From positions 1 to 64,000 of the forward strand of contig JBNKTL010000003.1 in NCBI GenBank assembly GCA_050298055.1: a stretch of DNA of 64,000 nucleotides, given 5' to 3'. Below are positions 10,520-20,811 of the stretch, piece after piece. Source of the stretch: Spirochaetota bacterium (GTDB lineage Bacteria; Spirochaetota; UBA4802; UBA5550). The notes beneath the pieces are model-generated. The model made no database searches. It was not told the DNA's origin and saw only the letters and a program-made list of their open reading frames with translations. Within the stretch, counting starts at the first letter, position 1. The number at the start of each line of letters is the position of its first letter. The translations under genes and the position numbers were made by a program.

Positions 10520-11335
10520 ATGATGAGAAGAGAAAAACGGGAAAAACGGATAAAAGCATGGACCTTTACTCTGCTTGCGGCAGCGGCCCTCCTCTCCTGC
10601 GGCAGGGAGAATGTACTCAGGGTCGCCGTGGCGGCAAATTTCAGCGCCGCGGCGGAAGAACTGAAAAAAGAGTATGAAAAACTCAACCCGGGAAAAAAGG
10701 TTGAGATCATCACGGGATCAAGCGGCAAGCTCGCCATGCAGATCATCCACGGGGCCCCTTATGATCTCTTTTTCTCCGCGGACATGAAACGTCCGGGAAA
10801 ACTCCGGGAAAGGGGCCTTACAACGGGGAGGCCCCTCCCCTATGCCTTCGGCAGGCTTATCCTTGTCCGGGGGAAAAAGGAAAAAGGCGGGATGACACTT
10901 AAAAAGGCCCTTGAAGGAACCGGGGAAAGAGTCATTCTCGCTAACCCGGAACTTGCTCCTTACGGGAAAGCGGCAATGGAGGTCCTGGAAAGGGCCGGCC
11001 TCCTGGCGAACGCGAAGCCGCGGCTTATCATAGCCGAAAATGTCGTACAGTCCGCCCGCTATGCTCTCCTGGGAAAGGGGGTCTCTTTTACCGCACTCTC
11101 CCTCCTCACCTCCCCCGCGTTCAGGGAAAGAGAAGGGAAGATATCATGGATCGAGGTTGATAAAAAACTCTACGGGGAGATCAAACAGGGAGTTGTGATC
11201 ATTTCAAAATCAGAAAACCGGGAAGCCGCACGGTCATTTCTCGATTTTGTCCTTACCGGCAAAGAGGCGAAGAGGATCATCAGGCATTACGGTTATACCC
11301 CGGTGGAGAAAACCGGCAGGGGTAAAATGGAGTAA
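10520..11335 (+). CDS. modA: Molybdate ABC transporter substrate-binding lipoprotein
   Basis: Lipobox LLSC; VAVAANF, GSSGKL, ANPELAPYG. Confidence 0.93.
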   Translation: MMRREKREKRIKAWTFTLLAAAALLSCGRENVLRVAVAANFSAAAEELKKEYEKLNPGKKVEIITGSSGKLAMQIIHGAPYDLFFSADMKRPGKLRERGLTTGRPLPYAFGRLILVRGKKEKGGMTLKKALEGTGERVILANPELAPYGKAAMEVLERAGLLANAKPRLIIAENVVQSARYALLGKGVSFTALSLLTSPAFREREGKISWIEVDKKLYGEIKQGVVIISKSENREAARSFLDFVLTGKEAKRIIRHYGYTPVEKTGRGKME

Positions 11336-11341
11336 GGACTC

Positions 11342-12019
11342 ATGGATATCAACATGACACCCTTTATCGTATCCTTTAAGCTGGCAGCTGTGACAACAGC
11401 CCTTCTTCTGGTGGTGTCATTCCCCTTTGCCCTCCTCCTCTCCTTTACCCGGTTCAGGCTGAAACCCCTGCTGGAGTCGCTGATAACCCTCCCGGCGGTC
11501 CTCCCCCCCACGGTCCTGGGTTTTTACCTGATCATCATATTTTCACCGGGAGGGATAGCGGGAAAGCTCTTCAGGAATATATTCAATACAGGGCTCCTCT
11601 TCTCTTTTCCCGGGATCGTCCTGGCGTCATGCATCTACAGCTTTCCCCTGATGGTCCTTCCCCTGAAGAACGGTCTCGACAGTATCGACCGGGCCATCAT
11701 CGAGGCATCATTTACCCTGGGCAAAACAAAATGTGAGACCCTTATCAGTGTGATCATCCCCAATATGAAGCTCCCCATCTATTCGGCCCTGGTGACGGTT
11801 TTCGCGCACACCATCGGGGGGTTCGGCGTTGTCCTTATGGTGGGGGGAAATATTCCCGGGGTCACCCGGGTGGCGTCAATAGCAATTTATGAATGGGTTG
11901 AAAAGCTTGATTTTGCCAACGCCCATATCTACTCGGGAATACTGGTTTCCATCAGCCTTGTTATTATTTTTATTCTCAATCAGGTAAACAGCAGGGGAGC
12001 AGGGAGAAAAGGAGTATGA
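11342..12019 (+). CDS. modB: Molybdate ABC transporter permease
   Basis: LPAVLPPTVLGFYL, EAA-like loop, GGNIPG. Confidence 0.93.
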   Translation: MDINMTPFIVSFKLAAVTTALLLVVSFPFALLLSFTRFRLKPLLESLITLPAVLPPTVLGFYLIIIFSPGGIAGKLFRNIFNTGLLFSFPGIVLASCIYSFPLMVLPLKNGLDSIDRAIIEASFTLGKTKCETLISVIIPNMKLPIYSALVTVFAHTIGGFGVVLMVGGNIPGVTRVASIAIYEWVEKLDFANAHIYSGILVSISLVIIFILNQVNSRGAGRKGV

Positions 12020-12738
12020 TACGGATAGACATTGAAAAAAAACTCAAGTTCAGTGACGGGATAAAAAATCTCAGGATAAACATGAATATAGAAAAGCCCT
12101 GCTTCGTGGGAATCAGCGGCTGTTCCGGTACCGGGAAGACAAGCTTTCTCAGGATGGTATCCGGTCTCACACGCCCCGACAGGGGGACCATTGAGGTCCG
12201 CGGCAGGACCTGGTATTCCCATTCGCAAAAGATCAACCTCCATCCCAGCAGGAGACCCATCGGGTATGTTCCACAGGAGTACACCCTCTTTCCCAATATG
12301 ACGGTTAGAAAGAACATCGAATATGCCGCGGCCCGCAGAGAGCTTGTGGACGAACTCCTGGATATGGTTGAGATGAGAAACTTTCACGACTCCTATCCAC
12401 AGGGACTTTCCGGAGGGCAGAAACAGAGGGTGGCACTGGCCCGTGCCCTGGCCCGTGAACCGGAAGTTGTGCTCATGGATGAGCCCTTTTCCGCCGTTGA
12501 CTGCAGGTTGAAGGGGAAACTGAGCGGGTCCATAAAAAGGATCCGTGAGAGGTTCAATATTCCGGTCTTCCTGGTCTCCCATAACAGGGAGATCCTTGAC
12601 GGGCTGGCGGAACTGAACATGGTCATAGAGAGCAGGGAAGAGGAAAACTACGGAAGGATCGAAAGACCGGGACACGACCTTCACCCGGAAGATTCTTCCT
12701 TCCCCCTCTTTCTTCTCCCGCTCCTTTCCGGGTCGTAG
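12016..12738 (+). CDS. modC: Molybdate ABC transporter ATPase (short form)
   Basis: Walker A GCSGTGKT, LSGGQKQR, Walker B VVLMDEP, VSH switch. Confidence 0.88.
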   Translation: MIRIDIEKKLKFSDGIKNLRINMNIEKPCFVGISGCSGTGKTSFLRMVSGLTRPDRGTIEVRGRTWYSHSQKINLHPSRRPIGYVPQEYTLFPNMTVRKNIEYAAARRELVDELLDMVEMRNFHDSYPQGLSGGQKQRVALARALAREPEVVLMDEPFSAVDCRLKGKLSGSIKRIRERFNIPVFLVSHNREILDGLAELNMVIESREEENYGRIERPGHDLHPEDSSFPLFLLPLLSGS

Positions 12739-12747
12739 GGGAGGATC

Positions 12748-13029
12748 GTTCCGAGTTACGAGTTTCAAGTTCCGGGTTAAGAGGAAAGAAAAAGATGTTT
12801 CACACAGAGCGCACAGAGCTCACAAAGAAAGAGTGTAAGAAATGGAGGTTTAAAACGAAGTCAAAAAAAAGAGTTTTGAACCGCCAAGACGCTAAGATCG
12901 CAAAGGAAGATAAGAAAGAGAAATAATATTAAAAATTAATAATAAAGTTAAATGATATCAAAAGTGAGGATAAAGATTTAATGGAAATAAAAAGAAAGAA
13001 AACTTTGCGCCCTTTGCGTCTTTGCGGTT
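12748..13029. repeat. Composite repeat cassette between modC and the nifV-like gene, including an inverted doublet
   Basis: Heptads at 12748-12778; CACAGAG module at 12797-12827; arms 12879-12905 and 13003-13029 are inverted (23/27) around an AT-rich spacer. Confidence 0.85.
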
Positions 13030-13079
13030 TAATTATCCCCCTTCTTACACAAACTTAATAGGAGTGCAAACAAGTAAAA

Positions 13080-14228
13080 ATGAAAAGAATAATTATCTAC
13101 GACACAACACTTCGGGACGGGGAGCAGGCCCCGGGGTTTTCAATGACACCCCGGGAAAAACTTATCTTTGCCAGGGGACTTGAAGAACTGGGAGTTGATG
13201 TCATGGAGGCCGGGTTCCCCGCCTCAAACAGGGACGACTTTGAAGCGGTCCGTTCAATTGCCCGGAATATCAGGGGCGCGGAAATATCCGTACTGGCCCG
13301 TGCCGTAAAGAGCGATATTGACACTGCCTGGGAGGCCGTAAAGGAGGCGGAAAATCCCCGGCTTCACATTTTTGTTCCCGCGTCGGATATCCAGTTGAAG
13401 TACCAGCTGAATAAATCAAGAAGTGAAGCGGCTGATATTGCCCTGTCCGCTCTTTCTTACGCGAAAAAATTCACGGGGAACATCCAGTTTACCGCCATGG
13501 ACGCCACAAGAAGTGATCCTTTATTTCTCGCGGATCTTTTGAGCAGGGCAATAGAGGCAGGTGCCGCGACCATTAACATTGCGGACACGGTGGGTTTTAC
13601 CGAACCCTTTGAGTTTTTTGACATGATAAAGACCCTGAAGGGAAGTATCCGGGGAGCGGACAAAGCCCTCTTTTCGGTCCACTGCCATGATGACCTGGGA
13701 CTTGCGGTGAGCAATACCCTCGCGGCCGTGAAAGCGGGCGCGGACCAGGTGGAAGGGACCATTAATGGAATAGGAGAAAGGGCGGGCAATGCCGCCCTGG
13801 AGGAGATCATTACGGCGCTGATCATCAAGAGGGAGAGCTACGAAGCGGAGACAGGGGTCAGGGCCAGCAGGCTGACAGCCGTGAGCGGTCTTCTTGAAGA
13901 GATAACCGGTATCGGGGTGCAGCCCAACAAAGCGGTCACCGGTTCAAATGCCTTTGCCCATGAAGCGGGGATCCACCAGGACGGGCTGCTGAAAAACCCG
14001 GAGACCTACGAGATCATCAAACCTGAACTGGTTGGCAGAGCGGAGGCAGAGTTTGTTCTGGGCAAACACTCCGGAAGGGGAGGTCTTCACGGCTTTTTAA
14101 AAAAACGGGGATACACACTTCCTGAAGGGGAATTAAACCGGCTCTTTCGGATATTCAAAGAGGGGAGAGAGAGCAAAAACAGGATAAGTGAAGATGATAT
14201 CTTACGGATTATGCGGAAGGTTTCCTGA
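13080..14228 (+). CDS. DRE-TIM acyltransferase: short 2-isopropylmalate synthase-like protein, probable homocitrate synthase (NifV function) by context
   Basis: [39 protein letters not shown]; no C-terminal regulatory domain; last gene of the nif run. Confidence 0.8.
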   Translation: MKRIIIYDTTLRDGEQAPGFSMTPREKLIFARGLEELGVDVMEAGFPASNRDDFEAVRSIARNIRGAEISVLARAVKSDIDTAWEAVKEAENPRLHIFVPASDIQLKYQLNKSRSEAADIALSALSYAKKFTGNIQFTAMDATRSDPLFLADLLSRAIEAGAATINIADTVGFTEPFEFFDMIKTLKGSIRGADKALFSVHCHDDLGLAVSNTLAAVKAGADQVEGTINGIGERAGNAALEEIITALIIKRESYEAETGVRASRLTAVSGLLEEITGIGVQPNKAVTGSNAFAHEAGIHQDGLLKNPETYEIIKPELVGRAEAEFVLGKHSGRGGLHGFLKKRGYTLPEGELNRLFRIFKEGRESKNRISEDDILRIMRKVS

Positions 14229-15515
14229 CCCCGGTCCCTTTTTTCTTCTCCCCGCGGTCTCAATCCCGAGAATTCCCCTGTACTTGGAGACAGTGCGGCG
14301 GGAGATATCCAGGCCCGATCTCCTTAATTCCCCGGCAATTTCATCATCCTTCAGGGGGGCCCTCCTGTCCTCATTCCTGACGATCTCCGAGATTTTTATT
14401 CTGATCAATTCGGTTGAAATTCTGCCGGTTCCGGTTCCGGCAGTTGAGATACTCCGGGTAAAGAAAATTTTTAACGGAACAATCCCCCCGGGGTAATCCA
14501 CATATTTATTATTGACAATGCGGCTTATGGTTGATTCATGCAGTCCTGTCCTTTTCGCAACATCCTTCTGAAGAAGAGGCAGCAGCTTTCCGGGACCGCT
14601 GAGGATAAAATCCTTCTGATAATCCAGGATCTCCTCCGCTATGTTTAAAAGAGTCTCACCCCTTCTCTTAATTGTGTTTATGAGGTTTTTTGCCGATTCA
14701 ATCTTCTCCCTGAGATATTCTTTTTCATCACCCCCGGTTTTCCTTTTGGCCATTTTGCTATAGAACGGATTTATGGTAAGCTCAGGGACCCCTGTCCCGT
14801 TCAGTTCCACCCTGACCCTGCCCTTTTCAATCCAGGCGCGTATATCAGGTATAATATATTCCTTTCTTACCGGTGAATAGTTTTTTCCGGGGAAGGGTTC
14901 AAGTCCTCTGATGAGGTCCCTCTTCTCGCGGACTGTTTCTTCCGTTATTTTAAGACTCCCGGCAATTTTCCCATACTCCCCCTTTCCCAGCTCTTCCAGG
15001 TAATTTTCCAGGATCACCCTGAGGAGCAGGTCTCCGGGATAGTACTCCCCGGCCTGGACCATGAGACTCTCCCTGCTTCCCGCTGTCCCGCACCCTGCGG
15101 GGTCAAATCCATTTATGATCTTCAACGCCCTTTTCACCTCTTCAGAGTCTCTCTTCAGTTCCTCTGCAGCTATTTCAGGTTTTATTGTCAGGAACCCGTT
15201 TGTATCCAGAAGGGAGATAAGATATTCAAGCAGCCTGTACTCATCATCGTTTTGTGAACAGAGCAGTGCCTGCTCCATGAGGTGGGCAGAGAGAGACCTC
15301 TCCTGGGCAACGGTCTTTTCCAGTATATCAGAAATGCTCTCCCTTCCCCGGTCCCAACCGGTTGCTTCCAGTACCGGGTTTTCATTAAGTTCCCTGGTCA
15401 CCATCTCATGGATTTCATAAGCGGAAAGTCCCAGCATGTTTAAGGACTGGATAAGCGCCGGGGTCATTTTCTGTTTTCGGGCCTGTTGTATTCCGGTATC
15501 CTGTTTAAATTTCAT
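14202..15515 (-). CDS. rpoN: RNA polymerase sigma-54 factor
   Basis: Q-rich N-terminus (QKMTPALIQSLNML), ENPVLE, LHESTISR HTH, RpoN box SRRTVSKYR. Confidence 0.96.
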   Translation of the reverse strand: MKFKQDTGIQQARKQKMTPALIQSLNMLGLSAYEIHEMVTRELNENPVLEATGWDRGRESISDILEKTVAQERSLSAHLMEQALLCSQNDDEYRLLEYLISLLDTNGFLTIKPEIAAEELKRDSEEVKRALKIINGFDPAGCGTAGSRESLMVQAGEYYPGDLLLRVILENYLEELGKGEYGKIAGSLKITEETVREKRDLIRGLEPFPGKNYSPVRKEYIIPDIRAWIEKGRVRVELNGTGVPELTINPFYSKMAKRKTGGDEKEYLREKIESAKNLINTIKRRGETLLNIAEEILDYQKDFILSGPGKLLPLLQKDVAKRTGLHESTISRIVNNKYVDYPGGIVPLKIFFTRSISTAGTGTGRISTELIRIKISEIVRNEDRRAPLKDDEIAGELRRSGLDISRRTVSKYRGILGIETAGRRKKGPGSGNLPHNP

Positions 15516-15558
15516 TGCAAAAAATTGTTTCTGGTTTCGGATCGAAAGTTTTTGAAAA

Positions 15559-15653
15559 CTGTCATAGCGAGCGAAACATAGCTATCTGTATTGGAATAAC
15601 CACGTTATTTACGATAACAGATCATTACGTCGTTTCACTCCTCATGATGACAG
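15559..15653. repeat. Degenerate ~95-bp palindromic element with CTGTCAT...ATGACAG termini
   Basis: Inverted termini; resembles the GTCATTGCGAG...CTCGCAATGAC class of miniature palindromic elements (recalled, not searched). Confidence 0.55.
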
Positions 15654-15874
15654 AGAAAAAATCATAACTATATAAGCTATTTACAGCTTCAAAACTTAAT
15701 ATCTTATATAAATATACAATAAAAAACAGGATATCCCAACTCTGTAATTGTTAACACTGTGTAAAATTATGGAGTTGATGAATCACTTTGCCGGTTAAGT
15801 CAGGTAGAGGACCTTAAATCATTTGACGAAAACGTAAAAATCTGTTATTATTTATAGTGAATATGATGATATAG

Positions 15875-15903
15875 TTGACAAAAAGAAGTATTCTTGTTAT
15901 ATT
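15875..15903 (+). promoter_or_regulatory. Sigma70-type promoter of the HD-GYP gene
   Basis: TTGACA-17 bp-TATATT with extended -10 TG. Confidence 0.7.
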
Positions 15904-15941
15904 ATATTTTATAAAATTTTAAAATTCTTAATGTATGCACA

Positions 15942-17246
15942 ATGATACAGGAAAAAAAGATCAATTTAAGTTCGCTCTTTCTCTCATTTTCAGACTCCAT
16001 TGAGCTGGCTTACCCGTCCTTAACAAAACACCAGCAGAGGACCGCCTATATTGCCTGGGAAATCGGTAAATATGCAGGACTTTCCGAAACTGATCTGAAA
16101 AAGCTCTTCATGGCCGCCCTTGTACACGATGTAGGAGCAGTCTCCGTTGAAGAAAAGGCAAGCGTTCACCGCTATGAGGAAACAGAGCTTGAAAATCACT
16201 GCATAAGAGGCGAACTTCTTCTCAACAGGGTCCCCTTTTTTGAACCGGTCGGGAAAATCGTCAGGTATCATCACAGGGACTGGCAAACCTGGGACAGGCC
16301 CATTGATGACCCGGTTGTTCTGTTATCACAGATACTCTACCTTGCAGACTTTGTGGAACGTCTTGTGAACCAGAGGAAATTTATCCTCCACCAGGTTGAC
16401 ACTATTCTGGAAAGAACTGCGGTTTTAAAGGGAAAATTCGTCCACCCGGGTATTGTGGAGCACTTTATCAAGCTTTCAAACAGGGAATCATTCTGGTTCA
16501 ACCTTGCATCATCCAAACTGCCGAATTTTCTCTACAGCAACGGCCCCATTGTAAAAAGTGAAGTGAGTTTTTCGCAGTTTGAGAACATTTCCAAACTCTT
16601 CCGGGACATAATAGATTTTAAATCTCCCTTTACAGCTACCCATACTTCCGGTGTTTCCGCGTGCGCCGAGATAATGTCCCACTTGCTGGGTATCAGCGAA
16701 CACGATATACAGCTTATGAGGATTGCGGGAAATTTTCACGACCTGGGAAAACTGGGTGTGACCAATGTCATTCTCGAAAAAAACGGCACCCTCTCGGAGG
16801 AGGAGATGGATATCGTCAAGGCCCACACCTACTATTCGTATCATATCCTCAATTCCATAAACGGCCTTGAGATCATTGCCGAATGGAGTTCTTTCCATCA
16901 TGAGAGACTTGACGGGAACGGTTACCCCTTTCATATCAAAAGCGACAGGATCAGTACCGGTTCCCGGATTATTGCCGTGGCCGATGCTTTTACCGCTCTC
17001 AGGGAGAACAGGCCATACAGAAAAGGTCTTTCAAGAGATGATATCCTCCATAACCTGAAGGAGATGGCATCTCTCAATTACTTTGACAGTAATATTGTAC
17101 AACTTATTGTTGAGAATATAAATGAAATCGAAGATTATGTGAAACTCAAGCAGGATGCTGCCCGTGATTTTTACACCAGCAGGTTTATTAAACTGGGTAA
17201 TAATGATCATTTCTCTCTTCGGGCAGAGGAAGCAGTGAGTAAATAA
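15942..17246 (+). CDS. Tandem HD / HD-GYP phosphohydrolase (cyclic dinucleotide phosphodiesterase family)
   Basis: HDVG and HDLGK motifs, HHERLDGNGYP, VADAFTAL..RPYR. Confidence 0.9.
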   Translation: MIQEKKINLSSLFLSFSDSIELAYPSLTKHQQRTAYIAWEIGKYAGLSETDLKKLFMAALVHDVGAVSVEEKASVHRYEETELENHCIRGELLLNRVPFFEPVGKIVRYHHRDWQTWDRPIDDPVVLLSQILYLADFVERLVNQRKFILHQVDTILERTAVLKGKFVHPGIVEHFIKLSNRESFWFNLASSKLPNFLYSNGPIVKSEVSFSQFENISKLFRDIIDFKSPFTATHTSGVSACAEIMSHLLGISEHDIQLMRIAGNFHDLGKLGVTNVILEKNGTLSEEEMDIVKAHTYYSYHILNSINGLEIIAEWSSFHHERLDGNGYPFHIKSDRISTGSRIIAVADAFTALRENRPYRKGLSRDDILHNLKEMASLNYFDSNIVQLIVENINEIEDYVKLKQDAARDFYTSRFIKLGNNDHFSLRAEEAVSK

Positions 17247-17495
17247 AAAGAGACTGTAAGTGCAAATGATTTTCTGTTGACAGAATATCCTCTCCATGAA
17301 ACCAGTTATTTAACATACCCTTTCCAGCCTGCAAGCAGTGTAGTATTTTTTATCAGGTAAGATCAGATTAATGCTGCCGGGGCTGAGAAATCAACTCAAG
17401 AGACAAAAGAGATCTGAAGACACGATTAATTGATCGAAAAGATGAGTGAGGCATACATTAAGCCGGGTATCATGACAATTTCAGGATGAGGTAAT

Positions 17496-18728
17496 ATGAT
17501 GAGTGTGAAGTATAAACTGTACGGTTATCGCTGGGTGGTACTGGCTGTTTTTATGTTTGTCAACCTGGCAATCCAGATGCTCTGGATCACCTATGCTCCC
17601 ATCACAGTATTAGCAGCAAAATTTTATGGTGTAACAGACCTGCAGATCGGGCTGCTCTCCATGGTTTTTATGATCGCTTTTGTTCCCCTCTCAATCCCCG
17701 CTTCATGGGTGATCGACACCTACGGATTCCGTGTTGCTGTGGGAATTGGGGTTTCACTCATGGGCGTTTTCGGTCTTCTGCGCGGTTTTGCCGGGACAAA
17801 CTACACCCTGGTATTATGGAGCACTATCGGCATTGCGGCCGCACAGCCTTTCCTCCTCAATGCATGGACAACTGTCCCGGCCAAATGGTTCCCTGTTGAA
17901 ACCCGCGCTACCGCCGTCGGCCTTGTAACTCTCGCCAACCTTGTGGGTACGGCACTGGGCATGGTACTTACACCTGTTCTGGCGGAAACAATGCCCATTT
18001 CAACCATACAGTTGATCTTTGGAGGTGTTGCGGCTTTTTCATCCGCGCTGTTCCTCCTGATGGCCCGGGAAACACCCCCCACACACCCCTGTGCACCGGG
18101 AGAAGTATCACGGGCCCTGATGCTGGATGGACTGAAACACGCGCTTAAAGTAAAACCATTCTGGCTTTACCTCCTGGTATCTTTTATCGGGCTGGGGATT
18201 TTTAACGGCCTTACCACATGGGTTGAGGCCATCATTCGTCCCCGCGGATTCACACCTACAGATGCCGGGACACTCGGCGCGTTGATGATTGCCGGGGGAC
18301 TTGCCGGGGCTGTGATCCTGCCTGCCCTTTCAGACAGGCAGCAGAAACGTCAACGTTTTCTTTTTATTGCTTTTGTGGGGGCAATCCCCGGGCTTGCAGG
18401 TTTGACTTTTGCCACATCGGCCCCCTTTCTTTTCGGATCTGCCGCACTCCTGGGATTTTTCCTTGTGAGCGCAATGCCTACGGGAATGCAATATGCCGCC
18501 GAAATTACTTACCCCACTCCCGAAGGGACATCCAACGGACTGATACAGCTCTTTGGACAGGGAGCGGTTGTCTTTGTGTATATAATGGAAGCAATGAAAA
18601 AAGACAACGGCTCATTCACACCATCGCTGATCCTGGCGCTTGTTTTACTGGTTTTAAGTGTGGGTATCACCACACAACTGAAAGACCCCGTAAAAAGAGA
18701 TTTAAAAAACAGCGAAAAAGTCAATTAA
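17496..18728 (+). CDS. MFS transporter
   Basis: About 12 hydrophobic segments; WVIDTYGFR motif-A-like loop; WFP..RATA. Confidence 0.9.
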   Translation: MMSVKYKLYGYRWVVLAVFMFVNLAIQMLWITYAPITVLAAKFYGVTDLQIGLLSMVFMIAFVPLSIPASWVIDTYGFRVAVGIGVSLMGVFGLLRGFAGTNYTLVLWSTIGIAAAQPFLLNAWTTVPAKWFPVETRATAVGLVTLANLVGTALGMVLTPVLAETMPISTIQLIFGGVAAFSSALFLLMARETPPTHPCAPGEVSRALMLDGLKHALKVKPFWLYLLVSFIGLGIFNGLTTWVEAIIRPRGFTPTDAGTLGALMIAGGLAGAVILPALSDRQQKRQRFLFIAFVGAIPGLAGLTFATSAPFLFGSAALLGFFLVSAMPTGMQYAAEITYPTPEGTSNGLIQLFGQGAVVFVYIMEAMKKDNGSFTPSLILALVLLVLSVGITTQLKDPVKRDLKNSEKVN

Positions 18729-18807
18729 GACTTTTTTCTCATGCTTTATTCTTCCCCTGTCGAAAGTATTATTAAAGAGAATACTTTTGTATACCGGGGA
18801 AGATATA

Positions 18808-19386
18808 ATGCAGAATATGGATTTCTACAATGGGAAAAATTTCCATGAACCTGAGCAGAGTTTCGGACGCCAGGATCCAGAATATTTTGCCAGAATTTCA
18901 AAGTTCCAGGCAAAAGAAGAGAACAGGATGAGAAAAAAAGCCAGCAGGATCATCTTCATTATCGCTGCACTCTGCATCATGTCGTTTACCACCGGCCTTG
19001 CTATCGGGATAAAATTTGCCGGAGGTAAGGAACGGCAAATTGTTGATGAAAAGACATTTAATGCCGTAAAAGACCTGGGAACAAAAGTATCGGGCATGTT
19101 TGACAGAAAAAACAGCGAAAAGTTCACCACTGAAAAGTTTCCCCGGGACAAGTATCCCTACGTGATAAAGGTCGGCAGTTCCTATGACTATTCTGATTCA
19201 CAGAAGATCGCAAACTTTCTCAGTGTAAACGGCCATACTGTCATTATATCGAAAAAAAACAACAGGTACAGCCTCTTTACGGGACCTTACCGGGACCAGG
19301 AGAGAGCAGAAAATGTGCTGAAAAAATTCAGCATGTATAAGCAATTTTCACTTGCATCTGCAGCAAAGATCCATAAAAGAAATTAA
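18808..19386 (+). CDS. Membrane-anchored SPOR-domain protein
   Basis: Single TM helix, then IKVGS...YSLFTGPY..AE..LKK SPOR-like pattern. Confidence 0.65.
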   Translation: MQNMDFYNGKNFHEPEQSFGRQDPEYFARISKFQAKEENRMRKKASRIIFIIAALCIMSFTTGLAIGIKFAGGKERQIVDEKTFNAVKDLGTKVSGMFDRKNSEKFTTEKFPRDKYPYVIKVGSSYDYSDSQKIANFLSVNGHTVIISKKNNRYSLFTGPYRDQERAENVLKKFSMYKQFSLASAAKIHKRN

Positions 19387-19415
19387 TTTAACATTTTTTA
19401 CCCGGTTATAAGGAA

Positions 19416-19874
19416 ATGCCCGTTAAAATTGATAAGGCTCTGCCGGCTGACATAGACTCCATCTACCGGATCATTAAATCGTATTCCGATATTGATGTGG
19501 TCCTGGAAAGAAGCAGGGAAGATATATCAGACTCCCTGGAAACCTTCCTTGTTGCCCGGGAAAAAGAAGGGATACGGGGGGTCATCTCCTACCACGATTA
19601 CGGTCCCGGCCTCAAGGAGATAAGGTCCCTCTGTGTATCAAAAGAGAACCTCAGGAAGGGGACCGGTTCGCTCCTCCTGACGAGGCTGATAGATGAGATA
19701 CGCCGGAAAAACAGCACTACGAAAATATTTGTCCTCACATACAATCCCGCATTCTTTACAAAGAACCGGTTCGTTGAAGTTGAGAAAGACTCACTTCCCG
19801 AAAAAATCTGGAAGGACTGTGACAGCTGTAAAAACAGGGAGGAGTGCAGAGAAACCGCAATGGTCTATGAATAA
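19416..19874 (+). CDS. GNAT N-acetyltransferase (short ArgA-like)
   Basis: EIRSLCV, RKGTGSLLL, FVLTY..FF, LPEKIWKDC..C. Confidence 0.8.
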   Translation: MPVKIDKALPADIDSIYRIIKSYSDIDVVLERSREDISDSLETFLVAREKEGIRGVISYHDYGPGLKEIRSLCVSKENLRKGTGSLLLTRLIDEIRRKNSTTKIFVLTYNPAFFTKNRFVEVEKDSLPEKIWKDCDSCKNREECRETAMVYE

Positions 19875-19880
19875 GCGGAG

Positions 19881-20773
19881 TTACCTGCCGCCCTTTATCA
19901 CTTTAAAAGAGTTGATAAGTTTCTCCATCTCCCCGCTGAACTGACTGAACTTCTCACCGGGGACAATAATCCTGATGATAGTGCTGAAATGTCCGTTGTA
20001 GTAGATCCCTTCATATCCGGAAAGAGACGGCTCGCTCCTGTTTGAGAAACGGTAGACCAGGAACCCGTCACTTTTTCTGACCAGTTCCCTTTTAAACCTG
20101 TGGATACCGAGTTTCAGCATCCAGTTCCTCCGGGCAATTTCAAGGCTCCTGATATCCATCCTGTACTTTTCACTGTCGATTGCCATGAGAAAGTCGAATC
20201 CACTCTTCACATCCCTATTTTTTTTCAGATTAAACCCGAGAAGAGCCCCGTTATAGGTGTAGCCGACTTTTTCCCTTAACCGGTTTTTTATAATGGAGAT
20301 ATCCAGATCGGAAACAAGGGAGTAATACATGAGATCATTGACCAGCTTTATCCGTTTACCCTCGCGAAAAAGAATGAGGGACGCCTTCCTGTTCAGGGCA
20401 TGAAAACGTGTCCCGCCCCTTTTCAGCATCCGGTTGATCTCCTGTGACGCCTTTTCCTGTGCCTCCCTGATCCTGTTGCTTGTAACGGGCAATGAGAGTA
20501 TGGATTTCAGAATAGTCAGTCCCTGCAGCGGGTAATGGCGCAGTACAAGTTCCCTGCCCTGGTTAAGGTAATAGTCTATCCCTTCAGCCGATACCGCCCT
20601 GTAGGTAAATTCCGGTTCGCCCAAAGTCCGTATTTTCCCCGCCCTGTCCAGGTAGTACCTGTTTCCCTCCCGGTCCCTGAAGAACCTCCAGTCCGGCATC
20701 TGGGAATAGAGAATATCAGCAAAGAGTAATATCAGGAAAAAAAAAAGAAGGCTTTTTTTAAAAAAACGGTCAT
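19881..20773 (-). CDS. Hypothetical exported protein; signal-peptide region frameshifted relative to the ATG at 20773 (open frame from ATG 20699)
   Basis: 272-aa ORF. The upstream in-frame sequence encodes a hydrophobic signal (FFFLILLFADILYSQ), but the ATG at 20773 is one base out of frame across homopolymer runs. Confidence 0.65.
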
Positions 20774-20811
20774 ATGTGTACGATTACGAGGATTCATAGC
20801 GGCGAGAACTT

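Noticed and set aside
17250..17495. Possible riboswitch or gene remnant upstream of the MFS gene
   Set aside because: No recognisable aptamer consensus or convincing homology
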